A stretch of DNA of 64,000 nt from Candidatus Humimicrobiia bacterium (GTDB taxonomy: Bacteria; Actinomycetota; Humimicrobiia; JAHJRV01). The translations under genes were made by a program, and so were the position numbers. The stretch spans positions 2,670 through 66,669 of the forward strand of contig JBARXA010000006.1 of assembly GCA_049647085.1 (NCBI GenBank), in the 5' to 3' direction. Under the pieces are notes generated by a model. The model saw only the letters and a list, made by a program, of their open reading frames with translations, was not told the origin of the DNA and made no database searches. Each line of letters opens with the position of its first letter. Within the stretch, counting starts at the first letter, position 1. This document shows positions 19,421 to 29,626 of this stretch, one piece after another.

Positions 19421-19530
19421 GTCGGTATATTATAATAGGGGATTGCCACGCCACCTTCAGTGGCTCGCAATGACAAACAGGAGCTGTTCAGAATGTCAAG
19501 AATTAAATAATCAGATATAAGTCAGTATAA
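19399..19530 (+). repeat. 30-bp direct duplication (GAATTAAATAATCAGATATAAGTC[G/A]GTATA) flanking an inserted family-1 repeat at 19442-19476
   Basis: Copy 1 at 19399-19430 is the last codons and stop of the AKR gene. Copy 2 is at 19499-19530. There is one mismatch. Confidence 0.7.
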
Positions 19531-19557
19531 TAAAAGATATAAAAGTAAGGAGTAAAA

Positions 19558-19842
19558 ATGGATATAAAGAAATTAATGAAACAAGCAAAGGATTTAAAGA
19601 AATTACAGAAAGAGATATCTAATACTATCTTAGAGAGTGAAGTAAATGGAGCTAAACTATCAATAAGTGGAACTGGTGAAGTTAAAAGTTTTATAATGTC
19701 AGAAGAACTTTATAATAAAGGAAAAAAAGAAATTGAAAAGGCAATATTCAAAGTTATTACTTCATGCCTTAGAAAGCAACTTGATCTGCAAAAAGAGAAA
19801 GCCAAACAAGCATTAAAAGGAATTAATCTTCCAAAAATTTGA
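19558..19842 (+). CDS. ybaB: YbaB/EbfC nucleoid-associated protein
   Basis: 94 aa, MKQAKDLKKLQKEI...GAKLSISGTGEV pattern. Confidence 0.65.
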   Translation: MDIKKLMKQAKDLKKLQKEISNTILESEVNGAKLSISGTGEVKSFIMSEELYNKGKKEIEKAIFKVITSCLRKQLDLQKEKAKQALKGINLPKI

Positions 19843-20156
19843 AATACAACATTTTCAAATCGATTAATAAATTTATAAATAGCTCCCCACTTCTTTTTAG
19901 AATAGAAAAAATGTTAAAGCAAAGGAAAAATATACAAATTAATAGAAATCATTTACATTGGTAAATGGAGATTGAGACAGATGTTTCACCTTCTTCGCAC
20001 AACAAAATTATTCTTCTTCAATAAAATAATTACACTAAACAGACAGGGATTGAGACTTTTAAATAATACTTACTTTTACTTTATAAAATTTTAAGTAATA
20101 AATATTTAATATCATTAATAGCATATTTATAAGTAATATTTATTATATTAAAAAGA

Positions 20157-20360
20157 TTGATTATGAAAGTATCCAACATACTAAAGGTTTTAATTATTAT
20201 AGCTGTTGTGCTATTCATTCTTCACTATTTTGTTGGATTGGATAATTTGATTTCAAAATTAAGTGATATTAACCTGGATTTTTTAACCACAAAATTAAAA
20301 GAATTTATAAATATATTAAAAAATTCATTAACCTGGATAAAGGAATTCTTAAGTGGTTGA
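20157..20360 (+). CDS. small TM-anchored protein, paralog of the N-terminal 90 aa of the thermonuclease at 25985
   Basis: TM helix then LDFLTTKLKEFINILKNSLTWIKEFLSG versus FDFLTNKLNELLTNFKKELSRIKELMTG. Confidence 0.4.
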   Translation: MIMKVSNILKVLIIIAVVLFILHYFVGLDNLISKLSDINLDFLTTKLKEFINILKNSLTWIKEFLSG

Positions 20361-20635
20361 AAGATATTATCAGTAAATAATTATGAAATAGAGTCATTCT
20401 AAAACTAACCACTATAATATTTGAATTTAGAATGAGTTAAAAAAGAAAAGTAATTATTAATTATCGTTACCTTTAATAAGCATATAATTTTAAAATGAAA
20501 ATTACCATAATAATTTGTTAATAATTTACTTTACTCAACAGTATCTTTAATTTGATAGCCAACTTTCACTATTTTCAATTCAAGTATTATAATTTAAGTT
20601 ACAAATTTATATTGATAAAGAGAGAAGTTGAAGTG

Positions 20636-20992
20636 ATGAAGGTAAAACAATTAACAAAATATAACATTATTGACCTTTATAAAATCTGTTGTCCTTATGA
20701 AGAACCTTATTTGGGTGCTATGAAGGAGAGTGCAGAACATTTTGTTAATAAAATGAATAAAAGATGGAAAGGTTTTGTAGCATATAAAGATGATGAAGTA
20801 GTAGGTAGAGCAGAAATTGCTCCAATAGAAGAATGTTTAGTTGCCATTGAAGGCGAAGATGTATATTTTCTTTATTGTCTTTGGGTTAAAAAGGAAGCTA
20901 AAGGTAAGGGTTATGGCAGAAAACTAATGGAGAAGATAGTTGAAGTATCTAAAAATAAAAATGGACTTGCAACTATTATGGTAGAAGGATGA
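20636..20992 (+). CDS. GNAT N-acetyltransferase, N-terminal two-thirds (ends at in-frame TGA)
   Basis: Motif A KGKGYGRKLMEK. The ORF stops ...ATIMVEG*. Confidence 0.6.
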   Translation: MKVKQLTKYNIIDLYKICCPYEEPYLGAMKESAEHFVNKMNKRWKGFVAYKDDEVVGRAEIAPIEECLVAIEGEDVYFLYCLWVKKEAKGKGYGRKLMEKIVEVSKNKNGLATIMVEG

Positions 20993-21397
20993 ATGCCAAG
21001 GAAATTTTTTGAACATTTTGGTTTTGAATTAGTGCAATCAAAAGGAATATCAGATTTGATGTTAAAAAGATTCGATCCTAAAGCTGAAGTAGAATTTAAA
21101 GATGTTAAATTTAATCCAAAAATAATTGATAATAAGGTTAATGTAACTGTGGTTCATTCAAAAAGATGTCCATTTATGACTATAAGCTACAATAAAGCTA
21201 TAGAGGTTGCAAAGAATATATCTGATAGGGTTATAATTACAGAACACATTTTAAAAACGCAGGAAGATATTTTGCGTTATGGTGATGAAAATTTTTATGT
21301 TGATGATGAAGCACCATTTATAGGACCAATAAAGATAGAAAAATTAAAGGATATAATTAAAGAAAAATTAAAAGAGAAATTTAAAAATATAAAATAA
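20993..21397 (+). CDS. continuation ORF carrying the GNAT C-terminal motif (MPRKFFEHFGFEL) plus a 120-aa extension; same frame as 20636-20992
   Basis: ATG directly abuts TGA (GGA TGA ATG). FFEHFGFEL matches the GNAT beta6/alpha4 motif FYEKLGF. Confidence 0.5.
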   Translation: MPRKFFEHFGFELVQSKGISDLMLKRFDPKAEVEFKDVKFNPKIIDNKVNVTVVHSKRCPFMTISYNKAIEVAKNISDRVIITEHILKTQEDILRYGDENFYVDDEAPFIGPIKIEKLKDIIKEKLKEKFKNIK

Positions 21398-22024
21398 ATT
21401 AAAAAAGAAATATAGAGGAAAGTTTAAGAATGCTTTTTCACGCTGGTAGTGATAAAGACGATACCAGCCAAAAAAGCTATTGTTTTCATTAATGTCTTTT
21501 ATCCTTGGGATCCTAAAATTAAAAATATAATATAGAATATCAGGCTTAATGTTTATGATAGTCAATACAAAATTTACTATAAAAAGTTTATAAATGCTAT
21601 TCTGATTAGACTATTTAATATTATTTATAAATTGATTGGAAGAAAAATGAAAAGGAAAAAATTATATTATTTATTTTAAATTTTGGACTCTTTTATAGAG
21701 GGATCTTTAATGTAGATATTGGGAAATAATGGACAAAAAATGATATACAAAATAATTGATATAACCAAGAAAAAAGAATATGAAAAATATCTTTACTAAT
21801 GTGGTTACCTATTAAAAAAAATGCAGGAATGCCTATTTGGGATACTGAGGTGTTATTGCAAGGAGTAGATTTTTGCTTAGCACATCCCCTTTATCATCCT
21901 CAAAGTATTAAATTTGATCGTATCTTTGAAAAGATATGAAATTGAAATTCCTACAAGTTTGGCCATCAGGTTTGACCAATCCTTCTTTAGTGTTTGAGAA
22001 ACTTAGGATTCAAGGAGATTAAAT

Positions 22025-22249
22025 ATGGGCATCAATATTTTTCCAATTCGTCTGTGGGTTGACCATTGCTATATAATCCAGGACAAAGGGGTGATTATGA
22101 TTGATTGTGGGTCACCCAAGAAAGCAAAAGCCTTTAAAAAAGCCATTGAAAGAATCCATATTAAACCTGATGAAATTCAGCTAATCGTTATAACACATGG
22201 GCATATGGATCATATAAGATCAGCTAATGACATCAAAGGGTTGACGTAG
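22025..22249 (+). pseudogene. MBL-fold metallo-hydrolase, truncated after 74 codons at a repeat boundary
   Basis: HGHMDH (HxHxDH) motif then stop. The TAG stop is the first bases of the family-2 repeat GTAGAAATAATTGACC. Confidence 0.55.
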
Positions 22250-22283
22250 AAATAATTGACCCAAATAAAAAGATATTGAAACT
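22247..22283 (+). repeat. family-2 CRISPR-repeat-like unit (GTAGAAATAATTGACCCAAATAAAAAGATATTGAAAC)
   Basis: Consensus GTAGAAATAATTGACCTGAATAAAAAGGGATTGAAAT. Copies at 23941, 29474, 31277, 32599 and 32675, all in the same orientation. Confidence 0.65.
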
Positions 22284-22383
22284 ATAATAGAGACTAAGAT
22301 GCTAAAGTGCCAAATTTATTTAAGTTAGCACCTTGGCTTTGTCCAAGATAAACTCCGATAACAGCAAACATGACATTATACAA

Positions 22384-23013
22384 CTATTTGCCTAGCTTGA
22401 ATGCTAATGTAGCTGCAGTTCTGGTACACAAGAATTGTATGAAACTAAGAGCCAAGCACCCTATGGTGACTAAGCTCACCCAATTCAGACCAGTTGTGGC
22501 AAATTGGTTTAAGTCCCAAAGTGCTTGAAGAATCTCTACGATGATTGGCTCACCTCGAGCGAGAATTCCTATAAGTAGTGCCTCTGAACCAGTTACGAAG
22601 GTCGTAAATATACTCACATTTCTGATACTTCTCGCAAATATTTCTGTACTCGCCCTTGCATGGTATTGTTTCCTACCTACATACAGCCCAGCAAGTGTCC
22701 CTAAAGCAATATTGCCAAACGGTAATCCCATAAATAAAGTAACTGCCATAATAGACCAGAGGAGATAAGTAAATAACATCAACTTCCTATTTGCATTATA
22801 GAACCTGATTATCCATTTCTTCAAATGAAACACATCAAAGATAATTCCAATAATTAAACCTGTGAATGCTGCAATTGTTATGCCACTTTCTGAGATCAGC
22901 AAGATATGATAAATAGTAAGTGCTGCAGTAGTCCACCAAAAGAGAACAAATAGAGATACAGGACACATAATTCCTATGAAAAGGCCAATTATTCTTGATT
23001 CCAACCTACTCAT
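22384..23013 (-). CDS. hypothetical polytopic membrane protein, GC-enriched
   Basis: 209 aa with 6 hydrophobic segments. Visibly higher GC than background. Confidence 0.45.
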   Translation of the reverse strand: MSRLESRIIGLFIGIMCPVSLFVLFWWTTAALTIYHILLISESGITIAAFTGLIIGIIFDVFHLKKWIIRFYNANRKLMLFTYLLWSIMAVTLFMGLPFGNIALGTLAGLYVGRKQYHARASTEIFARSIRNVSIFTTFVTGSEALLIGILARGEPIIVEILQALWDLNQFATTGLNWVSLVTIGCLALSFIQFLCTRTAATLAFKLGK

Positions 23014-23386
23014 GGTCTCCCTATCAGTCTTTCAGTGTTAAGAATATCACTTAGTTTTTTTATAACAAAGGAATTTTTGTTTAAAAACATATCCTTATAT
23101 ATTTTAAGAAATATAAATAAATTACCTCGCGACTCTAACTTTTAAATTTTAACATATCATGGAAATTATTTAAAATTATGTAAAATAATTAAAAATTGTA
23201 GAAATTTTAAATAGTCATTATTTTTCATTTAGCATTTTTATATGAATAAAAATTCAAAAATCTAATAATTTTATAAAATTAGATGGTCTCACACATCGGA
23301 AGTACGGGAACAATTTCCAAATTTGCTTCGTCTAAAATGTAATTATTATTAGTAACCCAATACTCAACTCATAAGGAGGTTCAGAA

Positions 23387-23791
23387 ATGTCGAAAAAGCT
23401 TAAAACCCGCAGGAACACAATAGCTGTGTTGCTGGCAGTTTTGGTTCTACTAGCTAACTGCAGACCTTCTAAAGAGGTCAAGCTGGACGCTGGTAACAAT
23501 GGCAGCCAGATCGAGATCGAGCAAGGTCAAATCCTGGTCATTACATTGGAGGCTAATCCCACTACTGGTTATACGTGGGAAATGATCGAAAATGAGGAAC
23601 AAATCCTGCAGCAAGTAGGAGAAATTGAGTTTCAACCGGATTCTAAGTTAATAGGCGCTCCAGGTATACAGACCCTGCGTTTAGAGGCTGTTAATGTAGG
23701 AAAGATAACTCTCAAATTGATATACCACCGACCCTGGGAAGAGAATGTGGACCCACTAGAAACCTTCTCTGTCCAAGTGGTAGTACACTGA
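23387..23791 (+). CDS. chagasin-family (I42) cysteine-peptidase inhibitor, lipoprotein
   Basis: LLANC lipobox and the NPTTGYTWE signature. GC-enriched. Confidence 0.75.
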   Translation: MSKKLKTRRNTIAVLLAVLVLLANCRPSKEVKLDAGNNGSQIEIEQGQILVITLEANPTTGYTWEMIENEEQILQQVGEIEFQPDSKLIGAPGIQTLRLEAVNVGKITLKLIYHRPWEENVDPLETFSVQVVVH

Positions 23792-23826
23792 TCTGGTAGG
23801 AACACTACAACGATTCTCAGCGATCC

Positions 23827-24020
23827 TCTCTTTGGTGGAGTGGAGGCTTGGGAGTACACTATTTGTGTATGTGTCTGTATTCGGAAGAAGCAAGAGAGAA
23901 ACGGTACACCCTGTCTCACCACAGATGTAGCTGTATTATACATAGAAATAATTTACCTGAATAAAAAGGGATTGAAGAACCCCCACTCTAATTGCTTCCA
24001 GGCAGGTAGAAATATTGAAA
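23827..24020 (+). repeat. composite repeat: G-rich hairpin unit (23827-23858) + family-2 unit (23941-23977) + partial family-2 unit (24006-24020)
   Basis: CTTTGGTGGAGTGGAGGCTTGGGAGTACAC; CATAGAAATAATTTACCTGAATAAAAAGGGATTGAAG; GTAGAAATATTGAAA. Confidence 0.6.
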
Positions 24021-24165
24021 CTTATATGATAAGCTAATCGTCGTAAGTAACATAAATTTCTCAGTAAGGATACTTAAATTAATTAAAAATTGATTGAAAC
24101 TATAAAAATGAGTTAGGTAAAACTTATTACCATTTCTCAAATAAAGAATAAATAGGATTGTTAAT

Positions 24166-25644
24166 ATGAAAATACTTCTTGTCTATCCAGAGTATCCAGA
24201 CACCTTCTGGAGTTTTAAGTACGCCTTAAAATTTATCTCTAGAAAAGCAACCTTCCCACCTTTAGGGTTGTTGACTATAGCTGCAATGCTTCCCAAAGAG
24301 TGGGAGAAAAAACTTGTGGATATGACAGTAACAACATTAAGTGATAGTGACATTGAGTGGGCTGATTATGTATTTATTAGTGCTATGTCTATTCAAAAGG
24401 AATCTGTGAAAAGGGTAATTGTTAAATGCAAAAGGTTGGGAGCTAAGATTGTTGCTGGTGGTTCTCTCTTTACGAGCGGATATGAAGATTTCGAGGACGT
24501 AGATTATCTTGTACTTAATGAGGCTGAAATTACATTACCATCCTTTTTAAAAGATTTAAAAGAGGGGTCTCCTAAACATATCTACACATCAGATCAGTGG
24601 GCAGATATAAAAAAGACACCAATCCCACTTTGGGAACTAGCTAATATGAAGAAATATGCCTCTATGTGTATCCAATATTCACGAGGTTGTCCATTTAATT
24701 GTGAATTCTGCGATGTCACCTTACTTTTTGGGCACAAGGTGCGAATAAAAACTAAAGACCAGATATTAGCAGAATTAGATAGCCTATATTCACAGGGCTG
24801 GAGGAGTGGAGTATTTATTGTTGACGACAACTTTATTGGAAATAAGAGAGAGTTAAAAAAGGAAGTTCTACCAGCTATGATTGACTGGATGAAGAAAAGA
24901 AAACATCCTTTCTCCTTTACCACACAGACCTCAATAAATCTCTCCGATGATGAAGAACTTATGCAGTTGATGGTTCAGGCAGGGTTTAACGCAGTATTTG
25001 TTGGTATTGAGACTCCCAATGAAGAGAGCTTAGCCGAATGTGGAAAGGTTCAAAACCAAAATCGTGATCTAATAGCTTGTGTTAAGAAAATTCAAAGGTT
25101 TGGTTTGCAAGTTCAAGGAGGATTTATTGTTGGTTTCGATAGTGATCCACTCTCAATTTTTGAAAGGTTAATTGAATTTATTCAAAAAAGTGGAATTGTC
25201 ACTGCCATGGTTGGGTTATTAAATGCTCCTCGTGGTACCAAACTCTACCATCGACTTGTAAAGGAGGATAGATTATTGAAGGATGTTTCGGGTGATAACA
25301 CAGACCTTTCAATCAACTTTATCCCCAAAATGAACTACGAAGCGCTTATAAGCGGCTATAAAAGAGTTCTCCGTACAATCTATTCCCATAAGCATTACTA
25401 TGAACGGATCCAGACTCTTTTGAGAAACTTTAAGCCTTTACAAAAAAAGAAATATCAATTTCATCTCTGCTATCTTAAGGCATTCGTTAAATCTATATGG
25501 CTTCTAGGAATAAGAGGAAAAGGAAGGATTTATTATTGGAAACTCCTTTTCTGGTCTTTGTTTAAGCGTCCACAACTTTTTCCACTGGCAGTAACCTTTG
25601 CCATTTACGGATTCCATTTTCGTAAGATTTTTAAAAATTATTAA
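24166..25644 (+). CDS. B12-binding-domain radical SAM protein (class B)
   Basis: N-terminal B12-binding region (LLVYPEYPD...PPLGLLTIAAML) and CxxxCxxC (CPFNCEFC). Confidence 0.85.
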   Translation: MKILLVYPEYPDTFWSFKYALKFISRKATFPPLGLLTIAAMLPKEWEKKLVDMTVTTLSDSDIEWADYVFISAMSIQKESVKRVIVKCKRLGAKIVAGGSLFTSGYEDFEDVDYLVLNEAEITLPSFLKDLKEGSPKHIYTSDQWADIKKTPIPLWELANMKKYASMCIQYSRGCPFNCEFCDVTLLFGHKVRIKTKDQILAELDSLYSQGWRSGVFIVDDNFIGNKRELKKEVLPAMIDWMKKRKHPFSFTTQTSINLSDDEELMQLMVQAGFNAVFVGIETPNEESLAECGKVQNQNRDLIACVKKIQRFGLQVQGGFIVGFDSDPLSIFERLIEFIQKSGIVTAMVGLLNAPRGTKLYHRLVKEDRLLKDVSGDNTDLSINFIPKMNYEALISGYKRVLRTIYSHKHYYERIQTLLRNFKPLQKKKYQFHLCYLKAFVKSIWLLGIRGKGRIYYWKLLFWSLFKRPQLFPLAVTFAIYGFHFRKIFKNY

Positions 25645-25649
25645 AATTC

Positions 25650-25864
25650 TCCTCCATTCCACTCCCACTTCCCTTTCCCATAAGGGGAGAAGGGGTATGA
25701 TTAAGTTTTTAGTTTGATGAAATTTTAGCTTCATATTGATAAAAAATAAACTTCTACTTTAATGGAACTTTTTTATTTAATTCCTCCCTTGATGGCAGGT
25801 AGTTTAATAATAAGCATTTTTCTTTAGTCCCCCATCCTTGATGGGAGGGGGTAGGGAGAGGGTG
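25650..25864 (+). repeat. cluster of family-3 G-rich hairpin units
   Basis: CCCTTTCCCATAAGGGGAGAAGGGG (25650-25698), CCTCCCTTGATGGCAGG (25783-25800), CCCCCATCCTTGATGGGAGGGGGTAGGGAGAGGGTG (25829-25864). Related to 28025-28052 and 32641-32675. Confidence 0.6.
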
Positions 25865-25984
25865 TAGATTGAAATAAATATATATTATAATTGATGATAT
25901 TAAATTAATGATAGGATAAATTATAATTACTAAAAAAGAGAGCTTTAAGTACAATTAAGACATTTTTAACAGAAAGCATTATTT

Positions 25985-26680
25985 ATGAAATTATCTACTA
26001 TATTTAAATTTTTAATTATTATAGCTATTTTAATATTTGTCCTTTACTATTTTACTGGATTTGAATTTTTGCCTTCTAAATTTAACCTCAGTGGCTTTGA
26101 CTTTTTGACTAATAAATTGAATGAGTTACTAACAAACTTTAAAAAAGAGTTATCCAGAATAAAAGAGTTGATGACTGGGTTAGTAGAAACATTAAAGCAA
26201 GAGTTATTTGGAATAAAGAAGTTGTATGATTTGGTGAAAGACATTATTACTCCCCATTCAGAAGAATCTAATTCTGATTTTATTAGTGCTCGTATTTTAA
26301 GAGTAATTGATGGTGACAGCATAGTTGTAGAAATTAAGGGAAAGAGTTATGAGGTTAGATATATTGGAATAGATGCTCCTGAAATAAGTGATTTAGACAA
26401 ACCTGCTGAATTTATGGCAGAGGAAGCTTTAGAGAAGAATAAAGAGTTAGTTAGTGGAAAGATTGTTAAGTTAGAAAAAGATGTATCAGAAACTGACAAA
26501 TATGATAGATTACTTCGTTATGTATATATGGAAGACGTGATGATTAATGCTGAATTAGTCAGACTTGGCTATGCTTATGCAAAACCCTACCCCCCAGATG
26601 TGAAATATGATGACCTTTTATTAAAGTGTCAGAGAGAAGCAAAAGAGAATAAGCTTGGGCTCTGGAGTCAAAATCAATAA
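25985..26680 (+). CDS. thermonuclease (SNase-like), N-terminal TM anchor
   Basis: SNase core (RLLRYVYMEDVMINAELVRLGYAYA, DGDS, Arg/Glu catalytic residues). Confidence 0.8.
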   Translation: MKLSTIFKFLIIIAILIFVLYYFTGFEFLPSKFNLSGFDFLTNKLNELLTNFKKELSRIKELMTGLVETLKQELFGIKKLYDLVKDIITPHSEESNSDFISARILRVIDGDSIVVEIKGKSYEVRYIGIDAPEISDLDKPAEFMAEEALEKNKELVSGKIVKLEKDVSETDKYDRLLRYVYMEDVMINAELVRLGYAYAKPYPPDVKYDDLLLKCQREAKENKLGLWSQNQ

Positions 26681-26774
26681 TCCTGTTATCCTTCCAATAG
26701 TACTTCGTATAACTTTAATCAAAAATTGTATAGTTTATACGATTTCTCAGATATGAATGACTATTAAAAAAAGC

Positions 26775-27803
26775 TTATTTAGAAACTTGTATACGCCTTC
26801 TTAGACGTCCTGTTCCTAACCCAACACCTATAAGGAGTACTCCTGTAATGAAGAGTGCAATTGGCATTCCGATTTTATCAGCGAAGTGTTCAAAATTAAC
26901 ATAGGTGATTATAAAAAGTAGGAAAGCTGCTCCACAATATAGAAAGATTCGGGACTGCTTTTTAACACTAATAACTATGAAAGCAATACTGGCTAAAAAG
27001 GCTATACCCACCATTATTATTTCCTGCCACCAGGTAAAACCGTATGTATCTGTAGCCAAAAGCCCGGTGAAACTCAGGATTGTCAAAGCTCCAAATATTT
27101 GAGATACCCATACCAAACTTTTTTTCTCCCTCATCCGTAGCCACTCTGACAATACTAACCATAAACCACCAGCAATAAGACCAATCAATAGTAATGACAG
27201 GTTTTCGTAGAAATGGTTAAAGCGTGGAATAATGTTACCTAACCAACCAATGAACGATGATAGCAAGATACTGCCCCAGAGATGGAAAGTGATGCTCTGA
27301 GTAATGCTTGGGAGAAATATAAAAGCAGCTCCAGCTAGTACTGTTGCCAAAAGACAGCCCAAAAGCACCCAGGGGTCACTAGGCCCTAACTCCTGTAAAT
27401 TCATGAGGTCTAACTCATAAAAGATCACCCAAAAAGTTAGTCCACTCAGCAAACAACCACCTAACCACAAAGCCTGTGCTCCTCGCTTAAGATAAATACT
27501 ATCAGAACTACGTAACAACCAACCCAGAACCAACATAATAATTGTAGGAATAAGTATAGAGAGTATTCTACCCACACTTCCCAATGCTTTCCAGTTCAGA
27601 CTTACCAAGAAAGCTAATGATAGAAAGATAACCAAGCTACCCAGGTAAACAAAAATCTCATTAATCCCTACTCGATGAGCTGGCACAAATTCCATTGTGC
27701 TCTTTATTTCCCTCTGCTTCAAAGCTTCTGCCTGTTCATGCGAGATTAACCCCTCTCCAACCCACTCTTTAATCTTGTTTAACAAAGATTCTGACTTAAC
27801 CAT
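26775..27803 (-). CDS. DUF2157-like membrane protein, GC-enriched
   Basis: 342 aa with a soluble N-terminal helix (LISHEQAEALKQ) then about 9 TM segments. Confidence 0.45.
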   Translation of the reverse strand: MVKSESLLNKIKEWVGEGLISHEQAEALKQREIKSTMEFVPAHRVGINEIFVYLGSLVIFLSLAFLVSLNWKALGSVGRILSILIPTIIMLVLGWLLRSSDSIYLKRGAQALWLGGCLLSGLTFWVIFYELDLMNLQELGPSDPWVLLGCLLATVLAGAAFIFLPSITQSITFHLWGSILLSSFIGWLGNIIPRFNHFYENLSLLLIGLIAGGLWLVLSEWLRMREKKSLVWVSQIFGALTILSFTGLLATDTYGFTWWQEIIMVGIAFLASIAFIVISVKKQSRIFLYCGAAFLLFIITYVNFEHFADKIGMPIALFITGVLLIGVGLGTGRLRRRIQVSK

Positions 27804-28024
27804 AACATGTCTCCTTTCTTATAAAATTAAACTTTTACACTTTATTAAAAAATAATAAAAAATCCTCACCTAATTGTTCATCTTTTGTATATGTGTTTTA
27901 GTCAATTGTATATAAATTGTATACAAATTAAATTATATACGAATAAAAAAAAGATTTGTAATTTTCTATAAAAATCTAATTCACTTTAATTATCAATCAC
28001 ACTGAAACTTGTAGTTTGAATTAG

Positions 28025-28052
28025 CTTCCTTGATGGGAGTGGCTTGGGAGTG
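28025..28052 (+). repeat. family-3 G-rich hairpin unit (CTTCCTTGATGGGAGTGGCTTGGGAGTG)
   Basis: Shares the CCTTGATGGGAG core. Confidence 0.55.
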
Positions 28053-28194
28053 TTTTTACTTTAATTATCTATCATACTAAATTTGTTACTTTTTTTAGAA
28101 TTTATAAAAATTTTAAAAAAGTTATATAATTGTAGATCAATTAATAAAAAAATTTTCTAAGTTTTAATATTTAATTAAAGTAAAGGAAAATATT

Positions 28195-29424
28195 ATGGAA
28201 AATAAAAATGCAATAGAATTGATTGAGATAAAAGGTCATATCATTGACTCTTTAATTTTACCCCAGATATTTGATGAAATTGTAGAAGCTGGTGGTGAGT
28301 TTGAAGTAGTGGAATTTGTAATAGGAAAAACAAACATTGATGAAAGTCTGGCTAAAATAAAAATTTCCGCAATTTCTCATGAAGTTTTAGACATAATTTT
28401 ATATAGATTACAAAGATTAGGAGTAGTTCCAGTTAAGGTAAAGAATGCATCTACGGCTCCAGCTCCAAAGGATGGAATTTTGCCTGATGATTTTTACTCA
28501 ACTACAAACATTGCCACTAAAATTAGAATCTCTAGAAACTGGATAGATGTTCAAAATCAGGAGATGGATTGTGCAGTGGTAATTAATAAAAACCAAATCC
28601 CTGAATGTGTTCGTATGTCTAAAGTTAAGAAAGGAGATCATATAGTAATTGGTAGAAATGGGATAAGGGTAATGCCCACCGAGAGACCGAGAGAGGGCAC
28701 TTTTTTCGAATTTATGACATCCTCTGTATCCAGTGAGAAGCCTAAGAGGTTATTAATAAAAGAGATAGCAAAAAGAATGAGATTAATAAAGGAAAGTGAT
28801 GGCAAGATACTGTTTGTTTGTGGACCTGCAGTAGTTCATACTGGTGCTAAGAAATATTTAGTTAGATTAATTAACAATGGATATATAGATGTTCTATTTT
28901 CTGGAAATGCATTAGCAGTTCATGATTTAGAGTCAGAAATTTTTGGAACATCATTAGGCATAAGCTTGAAAAGTGGAGCTGTTACTGATGAAGGTCATGG
29001 TAATCATTTAAGAGCAATAAATATCATAAAAAATTATGGATCAATTAAAAATGCTATAGATGCTGGTGTAATAAAAGATGGGATAATGCATGCTCTTATA
29101 AAAAATAAAAAGGAATATGTTTTAGCTGGTTCAATAAGGGATGATGGACCCTTGCCAGAAGTTATAACAGATGTAGTGGAGGCTCAGGATGCAATGAGGA
29201 GTAAATTAAAAGATATCAAAATGGCTTTGATGTTAGCCACAATGCTTCACTCAATAGCAGTTGGAAATCTATTACCAGCAACAGTTGAGACCTATTGTAT
29301 AGATATAAATCCAGCTGTTGTTACTAAATTAACTGATAGGGGAAGCTTTCAAACAAGGGGTATGGTAACAGATATAGGTCTATTCTTAAGAGATTTAACA
29401 AATGAATTAATTAATGTTTGGTAA
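28195..29424 (+). CDS. conserved hypothetical protein, LOR/SDH-like (TIGR00300-type) family
   Basis: 409 aa. GSIRDDGPLP and CGPAVVHTGA segments resemble the LOR/SDH conserved region. Assignment is from memory only. Confidence 0.35.
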   Translation: MENKNAIELIEIKGHIIDSLILPQIFDEIVEAGGEFEVVEFVIGKTNIDESLAKIKISAISHEVLDIILYRLQRLGVVPVKVKNASTAPAPKDGILPDDFYSTTNIATKIRISRNWIDVQNQEMDCAVVINKNQIPECVRMSKVKKGDHIVIGRNGIRVMPTERPREGTFFEFMTSSVSSEKPKRLLIKEIAKRMRLIKESDGKILFVCGPAVVHTGAKKYLVRLINNGYIDVLFSGNALAVHDLESEIFGTSLGISLKSGAVTDEGHGNHLRAINIIKNYGSIKNAIDAGVIKDGIMHALIKNKKEYVLAGSIRDDGPLPEVITDVVEAQDAMRSKLKDIKMALMLATMLHSIAVGNLLPATVETYCIDINPAVVTKLTDRGSFQTRGMVTDIGLFLRDLTNELINVW

Positions 29425-29473
29425 AATAAACTTAAATATTAAAGCTTCTCTAAATAGTATTAATTTACCATTT

Positions 29474-29528
29474 AATTAATTGACCTGAATAAAAAGGGAT
29501 TGAAATATTAAAAAATCAGAAAAAAATT
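29474..29528 (+). repeat. family-2 unit (AATTAATTGACCTGAATAAAAAGGGATTGAAAT) followed by the ATTAAAAAATCAGAAAAAAATT tail
   Basis: The same tail recurs at 32795-32816. Confidence 0.65.
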
Positions 29529-29626
29529 AATTAATGCCACTAATTTATAAAATACCAACCCTACCCATTGACAAAGTTTTACTAAGTATATATAATTAAC
29601 AAAAATGTTAATTATATATATTTAAT

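Noticed and set aside
20990-20992. Selenocysteine insertion at the GNAT TGA
   Set aside because: No convincing SECIS-like stem-loop was recognised directly downstream, and the position is not a known Sec site in GNATs. Left as an unexplained in-frame stop.
23632-24037. ORFs 23632-23943 (-) and 23840-24037 (+)
   Set aside because: Lie on the chagasin gene antisense strand and on the repeat block. The peptide is just a translation of the family-2 repeat.
25504-25954. ORFs 25504-25734 (-) and 25754-25954 (-)
   Set aside because: Span the G-rich hairpin repeat cluster. No RBS and repeat-derived.
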